From assembly GCA_964016885.1 (NCBI GenBank), contig OZ024743.1, positions 146,878,001-146,942,000 on the forward strand: DNA of 64,000 nt, read 5' to 3'. The translations under genes were made by a program, and so were the position numbers. Origin of the DNA: Eledone cirrhosa (taxonomy: Eukaryota). The notes below the pieces were generated by a model. That model saw only the letters and a list, made by a program, of their open reading frames with translations, was not told the DNA's origin and did no database searches. Of the stretch, positions 55,022 through 64,000 are shown piece after piece; positions within the stretch are counted from its first letter, which is position 1, and each line of letters opens with the position of its first letter.

Positions 55022-55461
55022 ATATATATATATATATATATATATAGGTAAAAGGATGATTAACACGGATAAGCGATATAATAGGGTTTTATTCAAAGCA
55101 TTAAACTATGTTTCATCGCCTAATAAGCAATTAATTATGCCAGGACTGGCCGAAATGAACTAAAATACGTAACCAATCAGCTATCTATCACTGTTTCTAT
55201 CTATCTATCTGGTTTTACTTGAGACGTGTGCCAGTTCGCTGGTAAGTTTTTGTTGATTTTCTAAGTAAGAAATCAAAAATTTATTGTTAAATTTATTACT
55301 ATTTTATAGCTTGACCCCACGTCTGGACTTACAGACGGTGGGTCAAGTCATCTTCACCCTTCCCTGGGGTGAAATTTTCGTTTTGAAAAAAATTTCGCCG
55401 GTGAAAAAAAAGTGTAAACAAACCTTGCATTCAGTCATGAACGCTGCGTTCATAACTAGAA

Positions 55462-56967
55462 GTGGTGGAGAGGTCACCTCCTCTCACCACCTCATTGAAA
55501 GACATCGAAAATGTCGTCAGTTTTGAAAACACGATGTCGGACGTTGGTTGTAACATCAACACTAACACAAACACCAATAACATGCAAAATATAAACAACA
55601 CCAACCAGAACAACAACAACAACAACAATAATGACAACAAGAACAACAACAGCAACAATGATAACAACAACACCACCAACAACAACAGCAACACGAATAA
55701 CTCCACGAACAAGGAAAATATTTCTTTTGCTCAAACCGTCCAAAAGACGGAACTGTTCACATACCTTGACATTTCCAATGTTAGGGAAATGTTAAGCGAT
55801 GCAAAACAGTACGTAACTTTTGGTGAGAGTGGTGCTTTCAGCATCACTTCTCCTCAATAGTTACGCAGAGAAACTGTTCTAAAAACAGTAATTTTTAGAC
55901 GGTTTCAAATGTGTCGAAAAAACCAGTTCAGTTATCCCAAAACGATATTGAACTGGTTCTGAAGAATTCCATGAAGGATATTGCCTTCATCCAAAAAAGG
56001 GAAACTTTTTGGAAGCATTTCGGTGTTGTTGAAAGACCAATTGACAGCACAAAAATATTCTGTATCGCCGATTGTGTCCCCCCTTTACACCTTTTCCCCC
56101 ACATATATGGGAAAAAGAACTAAAAAAATAAAAATTTTGAACATTGCACCAAATGTAAACGTCTGGTGGATTCTAACTAGCTTCATCGATTTCGACGAAG
56201 ATACCATCATTTCGGTGGGAAAGTCCTCCAGAGGCACATTCAATGGTACAAGCATGAAAGTTCTTGTCCAAATGAGGCCAGAACGGATAGCTAAAATACC
56301 CCAACGTGTGCCCCTGGATGGAATTTCACACATAAACATTTCTGTTGAGTGTAGGCGGCCTTCATGTTACCACTGTTTAAGCAGTGGTCACCTGAAGGCT
56401 TACTGTCCTCAGTTAACTAAAAAAAAAGAGGCACTACTGCCAACACCCAAAACAACAACACAACCACCACCACCACCACCACCACCACCACCACCACCAC
56501 CACCACCACCACCACCACCACCACCACCACCACAACAACAACAACAACACGCAAACACAACCAAAACAAGAAAAACAAACCAACCTGCAAGCACAGTCCC
56601 ACCCAACCCCACTCCACCTAAAACAGCCACAAACACAACAGCTCCCCAAAACATACCCCTTCCAAATAACACAGACACCACAACGGACGAGGCCCCCACA
56701 TCATCACCAAGTGATGATGAGGGAGAGCCTCTCCGTTCGAAAAGAAAGAAGAAAAGACACCACAAGAACAAAAAAACAACAAACATCACTACAAACATAC
56801 AACCACCAACACAAACAACACAAACATTACAAACAAACCCCTCCCCCGTCCCGAAAACAAAACCAGGACATCATTCCAAACACAAACACCTACAACAAAA
56901 CGAAAGCTCCCACAAGAACAACAGACAAAAACCACCGCAACACAACAAGAACATTACACATACATAA
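55462..56967 (+). pseudogene. Tx1-like ORF1 (gag-like, CX2CX4HX4C knuckle), disrupted
   Basis: SFAQTV, then RRPSCYHCLSSGHLKAYC, an Asn-rich tract and poly-Pro. Stop near 55858. Confidence 0.75.
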
Positions 56968-57362
56968 ACAGTAAAAACAAAACTTTAATGGAGGTCATCT
57001 CCAACGACCCTTCGGTGAAAACCGAAGGGAACACTTGTAGACAAACCTAATTTAAAGATGATTAGGGTCCCTACGGACACCTATAAGTCTTTAAACGAAA
57101 ACTTTCCTAAGGACGTGGGTAATCCTTGTGTTAAACCCATTAACCGCGTCCTTTAAAAAAGTTTCCCCACCCTCACCCCAGACACACCCACCCCAGACAC
57201 CCCACCCCAGACACCCCCACACCACCAAATATCTCCGTCCCCACCCCGCCGGAAACCACCACCCACCCAGACAACTCCTCTAACACACCCATGGAAACCG
57301 TGCGGCCTGATCCCCGGGAGACGAAGAGGTGAGTGTTTTCTTCTCTTTTAACTTTTCAGAAC

Positions 57363-60300
57363 ATGGCCAATATAAGAGTTGGGTGTGTGAATGTACGCGG
57401 CCTGGGGATGCCCTGGAAACGGCAAACTCTTAAACGACCTCAGGTCGTACAATATGGATGTAGTAGCCATTTGCGAGTCCAGGATCCACAGCGAGCGACA
57501 GCTGGCCCCCATCTTCGATGACTTTGAGATCTACGCATCTCTCTGTCAGCCGGGGGGAGTGGGGTGGGGGCGGTGTTGCCGTTTTGCTGCGGAAACGCAT
57601 GGGCCTCGTAACACAGACGGTACATCTGGACCCGGAGGGTCGACTGGTGGTCCTAAACGTTGACGGTAGTGAAGGTGGAGCCTTCAGGCTGGTGGCCGCA
57701 TATGCCCCATCCGGGACACCGCGGCCAGACTTCTTCAAACGTCTAGAGACTTTTCTGGGAACGTCCCGCTCCTTGCTTTTAGTGGGGGACTGGAATGGAA
57801 TCCTAGATGCAAGTTGGGACTATGTGGGAGCATGTCCCGATAAAGGGGGGGGGGGGGTAACATCCTCAAACAGTTAATCGGCCGATTTGACCTGGCCGAT
57901 AGATATCGACTAGATTTTCTGACTGTGCCACTGTGGACGTGGACTAATCGCAGCGGAACATCTAGATCGTACCTAGATAGGGTTCTAGTTAGAAATAAGG
58001 ATAGGGACATACTAAGCTGTCCACAAATGTTCATGGTTGCCTATTCAGATCACAAACTAGTTACCTGCATGGTCAACCTTGATAGAACCCATAGACAAGG
58101 ACCCGGCTACTGGAAGCTGAACCTGTCGTTACCGACATGCAAAGCCTACAGTAGACGCATTAGCACTTTAGTTAAACGGCACTTGACAGGGGCCATTGTC
58201 TACAACAGATGGGGGTACTCTCACAAGAGGGCAGTTAGATTAGACTCGTTAGTTTTTAGTAATAAGTTAGCGTTAGATAGAAATAGAACCGAGAAAGAAC
58301 TGGTAGATAAAGAAGAAGAGGCAATTAGAAGTGGCAACGTAGCCAGCGTGCTAGCAACGAGAACGGCCTTGGACCAGTTCTTCGACGCAAAGCACGAGGG
58401 CTGCGTTGTCAGAAGCAAATTACATACTCTGGGAAACGAGGGAGCCAAAGCTGTTAGCTGGGCCCGAGTGACGGAGGCAAAAAGTGGCAACAAATCAACG
58501 ATTCGGTCTTTGAAGGACCAAAACGGACGCGTGATACGTGAACCGAAGCAGATGTGTGCGGCCTTTCAGCGGCACTTTGCTCAGCTGTTCGGGCAGGGCT
58601 GCGCGCCGGGAGGGGCTATGGATTTCGGTCCATACCTCGATGGCCCACCGCGACTCTCGGACAGCGAGGCAAAGTTCTGCGAAAAGATGATTTCAGACGC
58701 TTAGATAGGGGACACGTTGACCCAATGCGGCAAACGCAAATCTCCAGGTCTCGACGGTCTACCCTACGAATTTTACGTAGCAATGCCGGACTTATTCTCC
58801 GGTATCCTGGAAGTGGTCTACTGCAACTGGCAACAGAACGGGAGAATTCCCAGTTCTGTGACCGGGGGCGTAGTCACACTAGTCAGGAAGGACGAGAATA
58901 AGGGGGATGACGTAGGAAACTTCCGGCCCATAACTCTGCTAAACACAGAGTTACAGATTTTGGCCAAGGCGTTGGCAAAGAGGCTGACGCTTGTCGTCGA
59001 GAACCTGGTGGGAGAAACGCAGACATGCGCAATCCCGACCAGGTCCATACACGACAACCTCCACCTCATGCAATACATCATAGAGAGGGTAGGGTGTAAA
59101 CCCGGCTTCGGTGGGGTCCTGATCAACTTGGATCAGTCTAAGGCTTTCGATAGGGTTGACCAACGTTACCTGGATGCGGTGCTCGAGGCGGCAGGCTTCG
59201 GACCCTGGTTCAGGGGCTGGATTGCTGCAATGCATAACAGCAACATCTGCTCAAGGATTAAAGTGAACGGCTACCTCTCGGAGCCGTTCCATATCACGCG
59301 ATCCATTCGACAGGGATGCCCTCTCTCCTCCCTTCTGTACGTATTGACTCTCGAGCCACTTCTGCGGAAGTTGGAGCTATTGCAGGGCATCCTCCTGGAA
59401 CCGGGACTGCGGAAAGCGGCGTCGGCATACGCCGACGACATGACAGTAATGGTGTCGAGCGCCTCGCAAATCGAGGAAGTCGGCACCTTACTGAAGGAAT
59501 ACGAAAGGTTCACAGGAGCGAAGCTGAACCGGGACAAGTCCATCGGTTTGCAACTCGGATCGTGGAGAGGCAAACCGATGCCTTCCGATGGCGTGGTCGG
59601 ACGCTGGACGGAAGGACTAGTAAAGCTGCTCGGGGTCTGGTTTGGTCCGGACCTTCAGGTGGAGAAGAACTGGAACGAGGTGTCGGCCAAGGTGTTTGCA
59701 CTCACCCAGAAGTGGGCCGAGTGCAAACTATCCTTGAAAGGTCGAACGAAGGTGGCGAACACTTTTATAGCGTCCGCCATCTACTACCGCTTGACCGTCG
59801 TGCCTTGTCCAGTCAAAACGATCGCCAAAATGGAGCGCGTTCTCTTCCAATTCCTTTGGAAGGAGCGGGCTCCTATGGTGAGAAGATCCATCTGCTGCCA
59901 ACGCCCTTCCAACGGAGTGCTGGGGATGCCGTGGCTGACGATGCGCAAACAGGCGCTCAGGCTGCGGCATCTCTACGTATTCCTCACCGGACAACCGGTG
60001 TGGGCCCCGTTCGTGAGGCGAGCCTTCCCACGACTCGTCTCGCTGACCGAGCTGCAGTCCTGGGTCAAGCAAAGACCGAGGAAAATGGGCGACTGGCACA
60101 TCGAATGTGCTCAGGCGCTCACAGCCCTCTGGCAGGCGGACCCGGCGATCAGTGGAGACTCCACTTCGACATTCTAACGAGGGTTGGTCCGCAGCAAGTG
60201 CGACGACACGCTCGGAGAAACTCTAGGCGTAGAGGAGGACGAACTAGCCAGTCTTTTCGGTAGGACCTTCCGCCCGGGACCGATGGACAACTTCCAAAAG

Positions 60301-60655
60301 TCCCTGGCCTGGCAGTGCTACCGAGGAGCTCTACCAGTTCGAGACAAGCTCTACAGACATGGGCGCCCGGGCAAGGACCATGCAAAAAAGATCTGTCCGT
60401 GGTGCGTGCGAGACGAAGAAACCGTCGCGCACGCATTCATACACTGCCCGGGCGTCACCGACCTGTGGGGCTATGTAGAATGACTATTGTCGCGGGTGGG
60501 ACCAATCCGGTTGATCAAACCGCCACCCTCCTTCAAAAACGAAGGAGAGGCGGTTTTCCTTTGTGTGATAGCTATGGCGAAAGAGGTTGTATGGTGGACA
60601 AGGTTGAAAGGGCTGAGTTCAGACACCTTTCTCTCCGGCCAACAACTGATTCCGG
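57363..60655 (+). pseudogene. Tx1-like ORF2 (APE endonuclease + reverse transcriptase), disrupted
   Basis: CVNVRGL, AYAP, GDWN, YLDR, SDH, YWKLN, SPGLDGLPYEFY, RPITLLN, LDQSKAFDRV, RQGCPLS, YADD, CPWC..ETVAHAFIHC. One frame runs from 57925 to 60655 with three internal stops; there are frameshifts in the EN. Confidence 0.92.
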
Positions 60656-60657
60656 GA

Positions 60658-60920
60658 GCTTCCAACAGTAATGGTTGCATTCTTTAAGGGTATGTTAATA
60701 TTTATTTATAAAACTGCTCTATATTATATTTCATCTGATGAAAGCACACCATAATTTAACTTGGTGTCCTTGAAATATGTATAATGAAATAAATATGGTT
60801 TTATAAATATAGTTTCGATTTGTTAATATCGTATTTTTACTCCAATTATTTGTTGAGTGCTTTATATCAGTTATAAAAATATTTGCTTGTTGTATCCCAA
60901 CAATTTAAATAGAATTTCTA
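60658..60920 (+). mobile_element. Direct copy of the AT-rich hammerhead element abutting the truncated Tx1 end
   Basis: Matches 47222-47400 plus the tail seen at 50084-50170. Ends near (TA)n. Confidence 0.8.
60727..60791 (+). ncRNA. Type I hammerhead ribozyme
   Basis: TATTTCAT-CTGATGA-AAGcACACCA...TGGTGTcCTT-GAA-ATAtgTAT-A-ATGAAATA, with a perfect 8-bp stem I. Confidence 0.82.
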
Positions 60921-60922
60921 CG

Positions 60923-60979
<57 letters not shown>

Positions 60980-61043
60980 ATTGAACGGGAACAAAACAGA
61001 GAGGCAGTACTAACAAATGTTTATTAGTTTCACGCTCTTTGGG

Positions 61044-61080
61044 GAACGACGTTTCGGGCATAAGTCCTTCTTCAGGTGAA
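61044..61080 (-). ncRNA. Minimal hammerhead motif in a short pLTR-like segment (about 60972-61215)
   Basis: CTGAAGA-A-GGAC-ttat-GCCC-GAAACGTC, with palindromic ACGT. Stem I is weak. Confidence 0.6.
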
Positions 61081-61221
61081 AAGTGTGTGGGAAGAGAGTT
61101 CCAAGGGTGTGTAGGGGAGTGGTCGAGAGACATATAGAAAAAGGGTGCGGATGATGTTTGTTCGCACATTTGTTCTATGAAAAAATAACACAGTAGTTTT
61201 ATTTTTTAAGATATATCTATA

Positions 61222-61806
61222 CCACAGCATGTCTGGCTCCAGTGGGTGTTTCAACTTGTTGATCAGCTTCTTTGCGTGCTTCAATCGCTTTTCTTGCATC
61301 GCCTTTGACAGAAATTGTCCTTTCCTCATCTTGTATGAAACGTAGCGAATGTCTTCATGTACCACCAGCCTAATGAGCTTTTCATCCACGCCTTTCTCCC
61401 TTGCATTGGCATGCATCGACTTGCTAAGTTCATTGTTGATGATATCCTGAACTTCAGTGACGAACTCGGGCGTTCTGAAGGCGTCAGATCGTCGATCATG
61501 TGTTTTCCTCTCTGATGTTGCCTCTCTGAATCTTTCAATTCCTTTTTGACCTTTTCCACCATTCTCCTGCTGACGCTGAGAAAGTTTGAAATTTCCTTAT
61601 TTATCCTTCCGGCGCGGATTCCAAGAAGAACTCCGTGTCTCTTCCACAAATTTGGAGGTTCAAAATTATTCATAATCAATTATTCTGAAAATAAATAATA
61701 GAAATATAGTCACTGTTTTTATGAAGACAAGAGTGACAACAGAAGTAAAAGAAATTTGCATAAAATTAGCAGTTGAAAATTGCGAACAAATATCGTCTAG
61801 ACCCTG
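61222..61806 (-). mobile_element. Tc1/mariner (maT-like) transposon 5' half
   Basis: TA-CAGGGT end. HTH-like GIRAGRINKEISNFLSVSRRMV and HEDIRYVSYKMRKGQFLS..KRLK..KLINKLK..MLW. It breaks off before the first catalytic Asp. Confidence 0.8.
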
Positions 61807-62224
61807 TATATATATGATTGTGTGTGTATTTATATATGTATACATACAGAGGGTGAGTGTAAAATATCTCCCTATTTAAATATCGTTAATATCTGCTTTA
61901 ATTCATGGTCGATTTTCATAAAACATATTTTATTTTGAACAGTATAATAGTACATTAACATAGACTAGGGTTGACCCAAGTCTTGTGAGGGAAATTGGAT
62001 AGACAGAAACTATGTGGAAGCTTGAATGTTATATTGTATCAGTACTTCAAAAGCCCCCACCTGATTACATACTGTATCTCACATATTCACACTGAGATTG
62101 ATGTAAAGGACATACATGTTTGTAAAATATTGAGCCACTTAGGTTTAAGAAGTAGGTAGTTCAGTTGATCAAATAATTGAATGATCATTTGTTGAAGAAA
62201 ATAGAGATTCCATCATATATCTAT

Positions 62225-62392
62225 CCCAGTACATTACTGGTATGTTTATTTTATCGACCCCGTAAGGATGAAAGGTAAAGTTAACCTCCCGCCGAGGTTA
62301 ACTTTGCCTTTCATCCTTACGGGGTCGATAAAATAAAGTACCAGTAATGTACTGAGTAATTGATGGCCTTGTGCCAAAAGTAGAAACAATTA
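62225..62392. mobile_element. Fold-back SINE pair with both heads missing
   Basis: ...GGATGAAAGGTAAAGTTAACCTC-ccgcc-GAGGTTAACTTTGCCTTTCATCC... Confidence 0.85.
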
Positions 62393-62402
62393 TCTATATA
62401 TA

Positions 62403-62501
62403 CAGGGTGTATCGAAAAAATGTATACACACTTTCATTACCTGTATATGCAATATTGATTAGAATGCTGTTGAAATGTGTATTCATTTTTGGGTTTCCCT
62501 G
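62403..62501. mobile_element. ~100-bp MITE with mariner-type ends and TA TSD
   Basis: TA-CAGGGTGTATCGAAAAAATGTATACACACTTTCA ... TGAAATGTGTATTCATTTTTGGGTTTCCCTG-TA. Confidence 0.65.
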
Positions 62502-64000
62502 TAGTTCTAGTTATAGACATTTGTCTCTTTGTTAACGACCAATCCCGTCATTATAGGAAGAATTGAAATAATTTAAATAGCTTGCATGGATAAAATCATA
62601 GGCTGTGTGGTGAAGAAGTTTGTTTTACAATTATGTGGGTTAAGGATTGACTGCAATGAGTGGTACATCGACCAAGTATCTTATACGATAATCTTCTGTT
62701 AGACAAAGCCTTTTCACTGCAATTTGACACATGGAAGATACTTGGAAGGTTATCAGATGGACTATTTCTATTATCAATCTGTCACCTGGTTTAACACCAG
62801 CATCTTGTTCCTGAGTTCTTTTAGTAGAGACCATTCCCCTGTAAATATTTGGTCCAGGTCTCCATCAGTCACAAAGGTTTACATAATACATACATAAGTG
62901 TACATATGCGCAGGCACACATTTATTACCCCTATGTTATACCTTATGGAATCTATTCCGGACCAATGTTATTGCTTTTTTGAATGGGAGTAGTGCATGAT
63001 TGAAATACCATCAATGATTTATGGTATTGAGTCAATTCAATTGGTTAGACTCATTTTCACTCTACTGGTGATCTTATGATATCGAGGGGAATATTCATGT
63101 AGTTAGAATAGTTTTGGGTAAACTAATTTGTAAATCTTGCATAGATTTTGAATACTCACATTTTTATGAACACACACAACGGATATGTATTTGTGGTCCA
63201 AGGAATGAATAAGGAATATTTTATTACTAAGTTTGCTCTCACCGTTGGATAAGTGGTGAATAGGCAATTGTTGGCATCATATAAAATGCCTTGCAGCAGT
63301 TAGTGAATTTAGAGTTCTAATATTTTCTAGAGTCTGATTAAATACATTTGAACCACAATTAAATATGGGTTTTTTCTTAACCTAATTTCTGAGTAATTAC
63401 ACCAGTTTATATTTTCCATATCTAATCATTGAATAATTGTCACACAAATTACTAACCTCCCTGTCGGACATCTGAGAAGAATTTTGCAAAGCAGAACAAT
63501 ACTGCTTTTGGAGATGCCGGAGAAAGGAGCGCGTACCTTTCAAATGTAGAAGGGGCTAAGAAGTTGGGGGATGTCAAATAGTTATGGTCTCTTCTTCGGA
63601 TATATGGGCTCCAGACAGGAGTTCTGGTAAAGCCCCCTATCATAGGCTATGCCTCTGTGTTGTTTGATAAGTATTTGTCAGACTATACTTCATTCTGAAG
63701 GTCTTCTGAGGCCAAACTATGTTTGGAGTTGACACTTTACTCTCCAAAGAGCAAACTCGCTCTTTAATGATTATCTCCATTTAATTTTTTAATCAATTTA
63801 AATATAAAAGTTCCCTCCCTTAACTTTATTGAGGGGAGTTATTATTGATGCTAATGAATGGCCTTCTTATTACGAGTAAATTACCACTGATAAAAAAATT
63901 GTATTTGACTCACTACAATAAAAATGTTACATTGCATTTCTGCCTATAGATGTGGACAACTTCCCAATGTCTACATCACATATTTTTTCAATGTGCTTTC

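Larger units (their letters stand above)
55210..60655 (+). mobile_element. Near-full-length Tx1/L1-clade LINE, 3'-truncated
   Basis: ORF1 has a zinc knuckle. ORF2 has EN, RT and a C-terminal CxxC..HxxxxC motif. Confidence 0.92.

Noticed and set aside
59316-60263. 315-aa overlapping ORF and antisense ORFs within Tx1 ORF2
   Set aside because: Expected shadow ORFs in GC-rich coding sequence, with no motifs.
62600-63780. Possible decayed LINE endonuclease on the minus strand
   Set aside because: Only fragmentary hints (NIRTL-like), not enough to support a call.

Overview
This is eukaryotic, very AT-rich and repeat-saturated DNA. The SINE, RTE and microsatellite content suggests a cephalopod (octopus-like) genome, but that is an inference. 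I found no confident host protein-coding gene, and most listed ORFs are (TA)n/(CA)n/(GA)n read-throughs. The window is a nest of transposons: a near-full-length Tx1/L1-clade LINE (about 55.2-60.65 kb), a Vingi/Ingi-like LINE with a 13-bp TSD inserted inside a SINE (11.4-14.0 kb), several RTE 3' ends, a CR1/L2 end split by a non-autonomous Helitron, a Helitron Pif1 remnant, Tc1/mariner remnants, many tRNA-derived SINEs and at least five Penelope-like (GIY-YIG) remnants. The main signal is a population of minimal type I hammerhead ribozyme motifs: about 13 with readable CUGANGA/GAAA cores, in 5-6 sequence families. They sit in a 466-bp retrozyme-like tandem array with a 776-bp fold-back (1-2099), in Penelope pseudo-LTRs, and in long fold-back palindromes next to (TA)n tracts. 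In several palindromes the apex looks like hammerhead stem II. A 200-N gap has identical 61-bp flanks.
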